Shown here: positions 51,901 to 62,120 of the stretch, piece by piece | How positions within the stretch are numbered: position 1 is the first letter of the stretch | Layout: each line of letters begins with the position of its first letter | Assembly: GCA_002633005.1 (NCBI GenBank) | Contig: NMRA01000176.1 | Location: 503,639-567,151 of the forward strand | Source of the DNA: Phoronis australis | Taxonomy: Eukaryota > Animalia > Phoronida | Length of the DNA stretch: 63,513 bases | Direction of reading: 5' to 3' | Position numbers and translations under genes: made by a program | The notes under the pieces: generated by a model | Told to the model about the DNA's origin: nothing | The model's input: only the letters and a program-made list of their open reading frames with translations | Database searches by the model: none

Positions 51901-54900
51901 TCTCCGTGTTTTTGTTTTTGCCTTTTGTTCTTGGATAATACTTCAGGAATCAAAGAAAATGCTTGATTTTTAGAGGAAAACACAGAAAACATGTCCTGGG
52001 CAACCCCCCTTCCCGACCTCCCCCCATTCGGTGCTATGCGCATCTACAATCGTGGTTTGCGCAAATGCTTACAGACAAAATGTTGGGGCCCTCCCTTGTG
52101 ATATCCTAGATCCGCCACTGGAAGAAAAAAACTTGTAGAATTACAAAAATAATAATAGTAATGGTATTGTTACGATAGTAAGTGTAATTGATATTTTTAA
52201 TAGTAACAAAAAAAGAAATAGTAATTATAGTTTTGCTTATATCAGCAGTATTCGTAGTAGTCAGTAATGATAATGGAGGTGGCGGCGATAGTGATCGTGG
52301 GGATAACGACGACAACGATGATGATTACTAAATATTATGCATATTTTCATCCTAATTTCTTCATTTTCATTAGCTGGGCTGCGTTCAGTAGACTGCAACT
52401 TTCACCTAAGGCGCAAATCTTCACTTACAGAACGGAAACAGTCCCACAATTCAACGCCCCAACCTCACTGACAAACCACTAAGTTCAGTGGCCGCTGGTT
52501 TGCTAGGATAGGCCTTCCACTTTTTGATAATCTGAAGTTTTGCTTTGCTCGCAAGAAATTTATTGGTTTATGTTGCTTTTTCCGGAATGTCAGCAGAACT
52601 TTTAGCATCATTGTAATAACAACGAATCAGTTGCGGGTTTCCCTACGGAGTCGGAGAAGTGGGACAAAATTGGCATCTCGTTACACAACCTTGCCTACCG
52701 TGTCTACGTGAAAAACAAAATGCCACGAGGCCTAACATGCCTCAAGCCAATTCTGGCTGCACACTTCTGGTTGGCACTATGCCGTCGAGGGAAGTGGGAC
52801 CGTGAAAAATACGCCTTGCTTCTTATCTCGCTAATGGCCTCTTATTTGAAGACGCCACAACGAAATAATACGAGATTGTTTTCCAGGTCAGGAAAAAAAG
52901 AACTGGCAACAAGTTGCAATAACATTGTCTCCCGGTAACAAGACAATTACATTTCGAGCCTATTCACCTTTGGGCAACATAGTGTACTTTGGTGAAATCG
53001 CTGTCGACGACGTATCAGTTCGCTTAGGCAAATGCGACAATATTCTGTTTCAATGTGACTTTGAATCAGTTACACAGTGCGGATGTGAACAGAGTAGCAA
53101 GGACAACTTTGATTGGACGTGGGCTACTGGGTACACGAATGCAAAAAACACAGCACGGCCAAGTCGTGACCACACACTCAGTTCGACGTCAGGTGAGTCG
53201 AGAACAAAACAGTTCCATGGATTAATGCACGTTGAACGCCTTTCTTCAAACTGATAAGTATCATGATTGCTTAAAGGGACATTATTGATTTTACGGCCAA
53301 AAAGCACACTTTGGATATTATTAATGGATGGCATAGACTTCCTGTCTGTCGGCCATTCGCTGAAAACAAGACCGGCGCCCTTTCCAGTTAAATACACGAC
53401 GTACTCTGCTATTAATACGGCATGGAGTTCAGCTCCACATTTGCACCAGTCGGCGGGGCCCATGTCTACGGGTATTCGAAATAACTACCCAAGCCTACTA
53501 TCTAGGGCTACGGCCGAACCTACGACTTTAAAACGAGGTCTAGTCTTATGAACTTCCATTTCAGTAATTCACGTGCTTATTTTTTAACAGGACACTACAT
53601 GTTTGCCCATTCCGCAACTCCAAGTCAATATTCCGATCTTCTTCTCCCCGACATTCAAACAACTTCTCCGTTCAGATGCCTTGAGTATTATTTCTTCATG
53701 GGACCGACAACAGGCTCTAAGCTTCAGATACTGATGGGCTCGACGCTCTTGGCTGAACACACTACTAAAGGTACATGTACACGAATTGTGATCGAATTTT
53801 GGCGGGCTTTACGGACAAAAACAATGAAGTCCCAAGATACGCCATTTACGGCGTATAATTTGTGATTAAGTCGCCACCATGTAGCCTATAACACTTCCAC
53901 ATGATCACTCTCACAACTGCGAGTTTTTCAAAACAAGAGAAAACAGGATTATCGAGTATAAGTTTATTACCTTCGCCGACCTGGGCGTGAAGAAAGAGCT
54001 TCTTGGAGTTAGTAACTACATGTAGTGTGCGGTTGGCTATAAGTTCTAAAATTACAGTTGGAATAAAAGCAATGAATTTCATTCATTTCTCTCACCTCAT
54101 TATGGTTTTTAATTCCCACTGTAGTGATTCTTCACATAGCTTTTTTATAAGTTTGGTGTTTCTTACTTTACAGATTTCATGCAAAGTCAATGGCATCGTT
54201 TTGACCTTGACCTCCAGGACACTTTGTCTCGCGTGACCTTCCGCGCTTTTTCCCCGACATTTTTGTTTACTGATTTCGGCGAAATTGCTATTGACGATGT
54301 AACCGTTACCACATCTCCTTGTGCAAGACGTACAACTGTGCCAATTAGCTCGACCTCAACGACGCCATACGAAAATCACGTGACAACAGCAATGCAGCAG
54401 ACCACCGAAACATTGCAAACAACACCAAAAATCACAACAAGAGACAGTATAACACCTTCATTTGCTTGGTTTACTACAAGTGGGCAATTGACGTCGACAG
54501 GAAAAGGTCCAGTCACTAGTAGAAGTCATACGCTTTCAACTTCTGGAATAGTGAAAACCTCCGCATTGACTCTACCCCAAACACTATTTACGACGACTAC
54601 ATTTCAAAGAAAAACGACACAATTCGCCGAACCTATAACAACAGCAGAGACTACAAACAGTACGACACAAGAACAGAAAACCAGTAGCCTCATGACACCA
54701 GCGCTCACCACCCACCAAATGGAATCGCGAACAACTTTTCTGGAAGAGACTTCATCAGTCAAAGATACGACTATAACATATCCGACAACCGACGTTTCCC
54801 AAAACATCGCTAGCAAAGCTGGACATAGGACATCAACAATCGAAACCTCCACCGACAGTAATCCTTTAATAGTTACATCACGTGTGAGAAATATAACTTC

Positions 54901-57900
54901 CCAGCTCTTGAACACTTCAAGTAATTCTCCAACGACTACCGCAAGTATTTCTCCCACAAAACAACAATCGCCTCTACGTTCAACGGTAGTCTTAAAAAGG
55001 ACGACTTCTTACTCTACAGATTCGTCAACAAATCAAACGTCAATCAAAGATACGGCTACTGCATATGCGACAACCAACGTTTCACACCACATCACTAGAA
55101 AAGCTGAACATACGACAACAACAATTGAAACCTCGACAGACAGCAAGCCCTTAGTCACGCCACGTTCAAGGAATGTGACTTCTCAGCTCTTGAGCACTTC
55201 AAGTAAATCTCCGACGACTACCGCAAATATTTCTCCCACAAAAGACCAATCGTCTCTTCCTTCAACGGTTGTCCTTAAAATGACGACTAATCACCCGAAA
55301 GATTTGACAACAAATCAGAAATTTTCAACATCGGTCTTAGATAGCACTTCGAAGATGGCTACGCAGTCTGCTACTGAACCTTCAAAGACAGTTTTTCCCA
55401 GCAAGCCGTTAACAGAATCTAATAGCGGTAGCGAGGGTAACTCTGGAAACCAAAAAGGTGGTGAATCCGAATCTGGTTCAGGTAGGTCAAGAGGTGAATA
55501 TTTACACATATTCATATACACACACGTGCAAAAACATACACATAACGTGTACATGTACATATACATACATGTACATGTATACGAGTTCATGTGAAAAATT
55601 TATTGAAGTGGATTCTGGATGACACTATGTAACTCGAGTTTGTTAAGGACGTGAATGTGATGAAGCCCCTCAAGTGCTCAGCACCTCGTAAAAGTTATGT
55701 GGGGTCTTGTCTAAAAGTATGTTCCTTTAGCAAAATATCTGCAAAACTATAAAATTTCATTCAATGAAAGTATGTATTTTCTGAGAGTAGAAATTCTACA
55801 GAATTAGATTTTTTTACTCTATCCACCGATTAGGTCAAGACCATGGTTTCTAAGAAAATTTAGCGAAAAAATGTACATTCAAAGCAAATCAACAGGATCA
55901 ATAACCTTAACCAATTTCAGAAAGTAAATGTCCAAGATAACATTCTCAAAAAACGTTGATAAAGTTTACCAAACTATCATTTCGCTTCCGATTTATGCAA
56001 CTTTATTTTTTTCATAAAAACCGTATAAAACCACTTTTTGATATCCCTTTACAAATGTGGAGCAACTACAAGAAAAATTTCTAATAGCAGCTGTGAAGCA
56101 GAGCATGAAGATGGTGTAGTATTTAATTGATATAAAATCGTAAAATAAAATTTCAATATTTCGCTATAGGTGACATAAAGTTGATAAAATTGGTGGCCGA
56201 AAAAGTGTAGTTAGTTCTTATTACTGCTCTTTGAAAATCGAGTCAGAAATGCGACATTTTGGCATTTGGTAGAGATCTGTAAAACCATAGTGTCTGGAAG
56301 TTTCATACATGTATGAATCTGATTTGTCATTTCTGAGATATGAAGTTCAACAAAATTGGACATTTTCTGGGGTCCTACATAACTTTAAAACATATTAAAA
56401 GTAAAATGTGCAGTTTAGAAAAATCTACGTTATAAGGGGACGCAGTCGGGTTTAGGGTCGAAAAAATACATTGATGATTGTTATTGGGAAGTAAAAACGT
56501 CTTCAAGTCAGTAAATTTGACTAGAGCTATTAACCAGTTTTGAGATTTTATTAAAAATCCGCGATTCCCAACATTGACTTCCTGTCATTTTGTAGAATTA
56601 TTAGTTAACTTTATCAGTTAATTAAGCTTAAAATACTCGTTTACTCGAAAAATAGTCTTTTAGCGCCATTAGCAACGTGGCAGACTGCCACCGTTGAGTC
56701 CGTTGGTTCTAATCCGACTTGGGGCGCCATCTCAAATACTCAACGTCAGTTGCCGCTGATTATGTCGCTCATAGCAACGCTCCAGATGCAAGCCTACTTC
56801 CGCCTTGACCAATAGTGTGTAAAGATGAAACAACTTTAATGTGGCTTTCAATGATATTTCCATACATTTCCTAAAATTTATCAGCTAAATCTAGGACCCA
56901 ATAATTTCGAGTCCTATTCTAAACGGATGTCAGCTTCTTGAAATCTTTCCAGGTTAATGGGAATTTTTATCAAAGTCACGTGTGCATATGGTTGTATACA
57001 AAAATGTCTTTCTTTCTTTATTGCGATGTGTATCACCAAAATACGGTTTGTAGTCATAAAGTTGGTTGCTGTACAATTTCTTGAAAATCATGACCAATCA
57101 CATCATAGACTATGGTATTTCTTGTGGCACACGAACAAATCGAGTCTCGAAGTTTGCATGTGGTCAGGGGCCTAGATTTTTCTCTGGTTGATTACTCAAT
57201 ATCTGTACAAACTGCTACGACCTTGTGCCTTCGGGTAAAACGTACGCGCGCTAAACCAAAAAGATATTATTTACAGTACGTGTATTATTCTCTATTTCCA
57301 GACATTTTACCCATCGCCGTTGGTGCCGCGGCAGGCGGTGGCGGTCTTATCGTTGCCATTGTGGTTGTAATAGTCGTAATGAGGAGAAGGAGGTATGCTT
57401 TAAGCCCTGTCTTACTCTTACGTTATTAGTCGCTAGATCACACGCAATCATGCTCCGATAACGCAAGATCTTCCTTGCGGTTGCTTGCAGGGAGGCTCTA
57501 GACCTTTCTAGCCCGGGCAAGCAAATTGGCGCTGCTGAAAAGCGACTGCCGACAACTATTTTCCGAAATTTTGATTAATGGAAGAAAAAATACGCAAAAT
57601 TCAGGATTCTCGTATTTTTCGTTGCAAGTCAAGATTTCTCGTCGCGTATACACAGTGTGCTTGGCACTGTAAGCCACTATCAACCTTTAGCGAAACGGCG
57701 ATCAATGAAGTGATTGGTCGGTGAGGTTTGCATGTTGAATTATTGGATAGAATTCATTGTTTTCGCTCCCTAAGCGATGATTTATCGCTGTAAGTGCTTC
57801 GCGAGTGCCATGCACCTACAGAACGCAGCCCAGCATAGCTCATAAAATCCACGCTCTGGACGAAGTTCGCAATTTCTGCTGAGCACAGATGATATATCGC

Positions 57901-58466
57901 GGAAATTTTTGACATAAACAATGCAGTCATTCGCTAAATTAAACAGGTTTGAGGTTTTATCGAAGCAGTGAAGCCTTCAATATTAAGGCTGAATTAGAAG
58001 GTACAAAGTCTTGTTAATTATTCGCATTATTTTCGCTGAAGTCTTCACAAAGCGCTTGACGTCAGCGTACACAAAATTGTGGCTCACCAAGTGGACACAT
58101 CCCACCAGTCCGAAATTGCCCACATTAGTATACGATTGTATGACGCAGACCATAGACAGTAATTGAATTATAATCGAGTAATATATATGCTCAGGCGTCA
58201 GTTTTCTTCGCAGCTAAACTAAACTAAACTAAACAAGACGCTTTGTAATATTCTGTAGAACTGGCGGCGAAGGTGATGATCAAACGTTGACGAAAAATAT
58301 GAGCTCGGACACATTAAAATCATCAAGTTCAGATTCGGCTTTCAACGACTCACAAGTCTTCGCTAATCAGATTTACATGGACATAAGCGACAGAAGTGGA
58401 TCGGATCAAGAAGCTGTCGTGTTTGAAAACAAACTGTACGAGGGTTTGGACGGTTCCAAGGTATAA
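29323..58466 (+). CDS. Six-MAM-domain, mucin-stalk type-I transmembrane protein (MAM/apical endosomal glycoprotein-like, no LDLa repeats seen), ~1690 aa, 20 exons
   Basis: Exons: 29323-29365, 30926-31087, 31590-31775, 32070-32213, 33431-33616, 36320-36511, 37891-38034, 38982-39230, 39730-39927, 43541-43702, 44079-44327, 47648-47839, 49205-49354, 49892-50431, 50989-51168, 52887-53192, 53591-53770, 54174-55493 (or 55481), 57302-57392, 58259-58466. All junctions are GT-AG and the frame is continuous (5082 nt). Signal peptide [18 protein letters not shown]; MAM motifs CDFE..C / DFDW / TGP..DHT / G.YMY.E / CL.F.YHM.G / W / GDIAIDD..C six times; [25 protein letters not shown] followed by RRRR. An upstream in-frame ATG lies at 29305. 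Confidence 0.87.
29890..30076 (+). repeat. Repeat family F in intron 1 (inverted copy ~35225-35420 in intron 5)
   Basis: ttatgtatttagca.tacagttgtc.aacgtga...taacgctaggacct...aaaaagcaaga.ttcgcgagattacgtg.gatattgc is the reverse complement of 35302-35412. Confidence 0.85.
33025..33165 (+). repeat. G-rich element with ggtggcgacc subrepeats (related inverted segment ~35920-36125)
   Basis: gtggcgacc/ggtggtgacc recurs. The reverse complements ggtcgccacc and tcaccaccaaaattctcgc occur at 35926-36060. Confidence 0.55.
35225..35420 (-). repeat. Repeat family F, inverted copy
   Basis: Reverse complement of 29890-30076. Confidence 0.85.
38216..38270. repeat. (GT/GC)n compound microsatellite
   Basis: tgcgtgtgcgtgtgtgtgtgtgcgtgtgtgtgcg... 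Confidence 0.9.
38595..38860. repeat. (ACC/CAC)n-rich low-complexity tract
   Basis: Degenerate accaccacc runs. The Thr-coding frame is interrupted by a stop. Confidence 0.75.
40255..40750 (+). repeat. Repeat family D, second copy
   Basis: Direct similarity to 24205-24690. Confidence 0.85.
41414..42052. mobile_element. Foldback/MITE with ~270-bp inverted arms
   Basis: 41414-41680 is the reverse complement of 41783-42052, e.g. gtcctcctttgac.gttcgaggtcaaggacggtacgg / ccgtaccgtccttgacctcgaac.gtcaaaggaggac, and gtaataccattcacggtgtcctgctc. Confidence 0.9.
44075..44139 (+). repeat. Coding 15-bp tandem repeat x4 (VTTSA) at the start of exon 11
   Basis: (gcagtgacaacttca)x4. Confidence 0.95.
46315..46533. 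repeat. 21-bp minisatellite, ~10 copies
   Basis: Unit ttcagaggacggggttcgtgt with ca(g/t)agg variants. No spacers. Confidence 0.95.
48848..48929. repeat. (TA)n microsatellite, ~41 units
   Basis: Uninterrupted atatat run. Confidence 0.98.
51239..52120 (+). mobile_element. Family E element with imperfect terminal inverted repeats; contains an N gap
   Basis: Ends are cataggcggatttagg ... cctagatccgccactg. It is homologous to 28208-29050. Confidence 0.85.
54755..55320 (+). repeat. Internal ~285-bp (95-aa) duplication in the mucin stalk exon
   Basis: [15 protein letters not shown]...[10 protein letters not shown]...[21 protein letters not shown]...STVVLK versus [15 protein letters not shown]...[10 protein letters not shown]...[21 protein letters not shown]...STVVLK. 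Confidence 0.9.
55691..56387. mobile_element. MITE with TIR aaagttatgtggggtc / ggtcctacataacttt (relatives at ~23180-23700 and possibly ~36890-37460, inverted)
   Basis: Terminal inverted repeats are present. The internal blocks tattttctga.a.t.gaaatt and ttttttcataaaaac are shared with 23230-23490. Confidence 0.65.
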
Positions 58467-58480
58467 GTGACACTGAGGGC

Positions 58481-58582
58481 AGAGATGGGTAACCAACTGG
58501 ATAGGATGAACACAAGGAACTGTTGTTTGAAGATAGATATGGGTAACCAATTGGATAGGATGAACACAAGGAACTATTGTTT
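58481..58582 (+). repeat. 54-bp tandem duplication in the putative 3' UTR
   Basis: atgggtaaccaa.tggataggatgaacacaaggaact.ttgttt occurs at 58485 and 58539. Confidence 0.9.
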
Positions 58583-58971
58583 CTTCAAGAACATTAGCGA
58601 TGAAGGAAATGCTCACATTTACTTCTCCTATCCAGGAGAATATCTCTTCCGAACTAATTGACCATGTTTCTTTCAAGTCGCAAGTATTTAGGTGGATTTA
58701 ATTTGTTCTGCTGTTACTAACCATTCAAAATACCGAATGGTCAAACCTCAGTTGGTGGACAGACCTCATTCGTTTTTGCTGTACTGTGGAGACGCTATGG
58801 GTTAGATTTCCGTTCCACTGAGTTAAACAATCGCGTATTGACGTGTATTAAAAGCCCTTTATGGTTGAGGTTTAGTCGCGTCAAAGGGACATCATCGGTT
58901 TTACAGTCGAAAACGCATTTTTGTATTGCTGTTGGATGGAATAGACTTACTGAATTTGTTAGCTTTGACCA

Positions 58972-59216
58972 GGGCCCGTTCCAAGAATGTGGTTTAAGTT
59001 CATTTTTTACTTAAGGCTAAGATTTGCCTCAAACTCAAATTTTTGAAACTCACACATCAAATAAGGTAGTCAAAATTAAGAAAAAACCTTAAGTGAAAAT
59101 AAGTCAAACTTAAGATCTCTTTCTTGGAGCCGACTTCAGACAAATTTAAGTTTATCATGAAACTGACTGAAATTTAAGATTTGTTTTAGCTAAGTCAGTT
59201 TTCTTGGAACGGGCCC
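58972..59216. mobile_element. 245-bp MITE with perfect 16-bp TIRs (GGGCCC-start, Harbinger/Tourist-like)
   Basis: gggcccgttccaagaa ... ttcttggaacgggccc with an AT-rich interior. The superfamily is inferred only from TIR style. Confidence 0.8.
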
Positions 59217-61374
59217 CAAAGCTATAAAACAAAAACATTGTATAATTTATAATTTGATTCCAAATCGCCAATTCTCGCCATTGTCTGCCAAACATTGGCA
59301 AAATCAAGGGCGATGTCTTAACCATTTAGACACAGTTATAGTACTTTGCCGTTTAACGAGCGGAGTTAGGTTGTGACTGCGGAGGTAGAGCGGGTTCGAC
59401 TTCGCAATGCGGCTCATTTCAGAAACATTACTTTTCTCGCTGATCACGTCCCTTTAGCAGAAGTTTGTTTATTATCAATTTTTAAGCCTTGCTTGCTTTT
59501 TAATTTGAATAACTGCTTTTCATTTTATTTCATACTTTTGATTTCATTTTCTGCCATGGAAAATACATACTTCACATTTATAACATGCGTCGGTGAGTGT
59601 TTCATTTTTGAAGTTAAGCTTTCTAAATATTACGCGTGTAAGCTTTAGTTATGTATTGCTGCTGGACTTAAAAGGGTATTTTTATTCTCCTGTAGACGGC
59701 CAAAATTAACCATTCGGAACACCTCATGGAAGCCACGCAAATCATGTCCGGGGTGCTCCGAATGATGAGATACATTGAATTATGTTGTTATCCAGGAGAT
59801 CTCAATGTTTTTCTTGCCGCGGTTAGCGATATTCTCTACCATGAGAACGACTAGTTAGGCTATCCAATCTTGCCAAAATTGAAGGCATTTTAAATAGTTA
59901 GCATTTACTTGCCTATCTCCTGAGCTGAGTGGCGTGCCCGGGGGGGGCGGGGGGGGGGCAAACCCTAAAGTTCCACATCTTTGTTAACGTCTAAAATGAC
60001 AGAAACCTAGTACCAAGATATTACACCCAGCAGAAATGCAACACTTATTCATTGGGTTTCGCCATCGAAATCACCCGTGGTTTTACCGTTGATGGCGGTT
60101 GCCAATATTCTTTGAATGCACACCAGTGGCGACAAGACTTCTCAAATTTCACTGCTTACTGTTACATTGTAGCGGTCTCAATATTTAATGATCTCAAGGC
60201 ATGCGAAGGCCCAGGCGACAAGTCTTCGGAAAACTAAAAATCGGAAAGTGTAGACGAATCGGAGGAAGAGAAACAATCGCAGATTGCAAGTCCTGTTGGC
60301 GAGTATGTGACTGCCTGGACACTAAATCAATACGTGTTCAGTAACATTCTCGCACGAAATTCGTGTGCAGATCCTTAAGCGAGGACTGTTTGCCTCAGTA
60401 TCTAAAAAGTGTAAAGGCGGAGTTCGCCACCCATCGTCGGAATAGTTTTTATTAATTTTCACCTAGAAGAGAAAAATTCTTTTATTCCTTTTTGGATCTA
60501 GTTAGCATACTTGTTAGAGAGTTTATTTGGCAAAATTTGCATGGTTGAACCCTAACACTTTCCGCGATTTCAGTAGGAAATGGACACGGAAATCGTAATT
60601 GAAGTAAATATCTAGCAGTTACATGTAAGTCCTACCAGTGGGGACAACCAGTGGTAGCTCTACGTTTCTAGTAAGGGGGGATTAGGATTCCCGCAAAGGT
60701 CGAATCCTAGGCGCGTGGCGCCGAGCGGGGGGAGGTCGGGAGGGGGTAAGACATTTTTTTGTTTTTGTAGCCAAATAGTGAAATTTCCATGCATCCTGGT
60801 AAGTTTCTGGCACTTAACACGTCTCTGGAGTTTTTCTTAAGTTAATCCCTTCTCGATTTCGTCACATGAACTTGGCTCATAAGTTTCGTGAAACCATATT
60901 GTGCACATCTGGGTATGAGTCACGCCACCAGCAAAAATTTTTGTTGGAATATCTGCTTACACACACCTTTTTTAGCATACGAAAAAAAGTCGTATACGAA
61001 AAAGTGTGGTGTGTATACAGGGGTTTAAACAACTTCCAAATATTCAAGAGCATAAGGAGCACCGACGGGGCGTAAAAACTTGAATATCAGATGATCGCGT
61101 AACAGCAGCCTCAAGTTGTTTAAGAACGAAGACCTGTACTGTTAGTCCGGAAATAAACATGTGTTCTGTCTCTTTACGAGAAAAACTGGCGAACGATGGT
61201 GCTCTCAGCTCACGGTCTATTATTAAAAGCGACAATAACCAATTAAGTATCACTTTATTAAGCTGAATCACGTTGACAACAATTGAAAAACGTCAAATGT
61301 ATCAAGAAACAAATCATCTGAAAACAGTTTCACGAAACCAAAACATCCTGTGCAGAGTGGTGAAAAGATATACT

Positions 61375-61668
61375 GGACTACATGTAGTTTGCAGAGGGGC
61401 CAGATGTACACTGAGAGTACACAAAAAGGCTGACCTGCTCCGTCACGAGACCAAGAGTACACCTGTGCTTATTATCCCTATAAAAATAGTCGATCTGTCG
61501 CGGGACCAAACAGTACTGGCTGAGATAAATAGCTTCACAAAGCACACTTTGGCAAAAAAGTCATAAGACTACAACATGTAGTTTGCCGAGGGCCCAGAAG
61601 TACACTGAGACTCAACATCTACACAAATCAAGCTGGCCTGGTCCTTCGCGAGAACTAAAGTGTACTAT
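61375..61668 (+). repeat. Diverged direct repeat, ~90-bp core, period ~195 bp
   Basis: acatgtagtttgc.gaggg.ccaga.gtacactgaga occurs at ~61380 and ~61574. Confidence 0.75.
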
Positions 61669-61724
61669 GTAAAAATGTTGAATTGAAAACTTCTCTCTAG
61701 ACACATTTTAATCCCCAGTGGTTA

Positions 61725-62120
61725 CTCATAGGTTAGTCCTATCCTTCTGTTGTCTAGACTGCCGAGGAATTTGTATATCGGATCTAATGGTTTGCTCGTC
61801 TTGGAACCATACTTCCGAGATATCTTCGATGTTTGTTCCCAACGCTTGAACTTCGTCAACTCCTGTGTCAATGAGCTTGTAAGCCTCTGCAATGTCAGCA
61901 TCTTGTTTCGCAGCTCAGTTGGCACTAAGACCCTTGAAGTTGCCAAGTCCATTCAAAAGACTTACATCCGCAACTAAATTTGACCCGTTCATCATGGACT
62001 ACTTCAAACCTTGACGATGTATCCCAGGACTTATTTGCATCTCTTGCAATTTTCGAAATAAACGTCCCAATGTCTAAACGCTTGAAACCCGAAGTACTAA
62101 CATCAAATAAGTGCCCATGG
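61725..62120 (-). mobile_element. Probable hAT transposase remnant (P52rIPK/THAP12/ZMYM1-like)
   Basis: A minus-strand frame not in the ORF track reads KGLSAN*AAKQDADIAEAYKLIDTGVDEVQALGTNIEDISEVWFQDEQTIRSDIQIPRQSRQQKDRTN. This resembles the hAT pattern LS..LQ....DI..A...I ... PR...RQ..R.N. Confidence 0.5.

Noticed and set aside
29323-58466. Assigning the symbol MALRD1, MAMDC4 or ZAN
   Set aside because: No LDLa, VWD or EGF modules were seen, and orthology cannot be established without a phylogeny.
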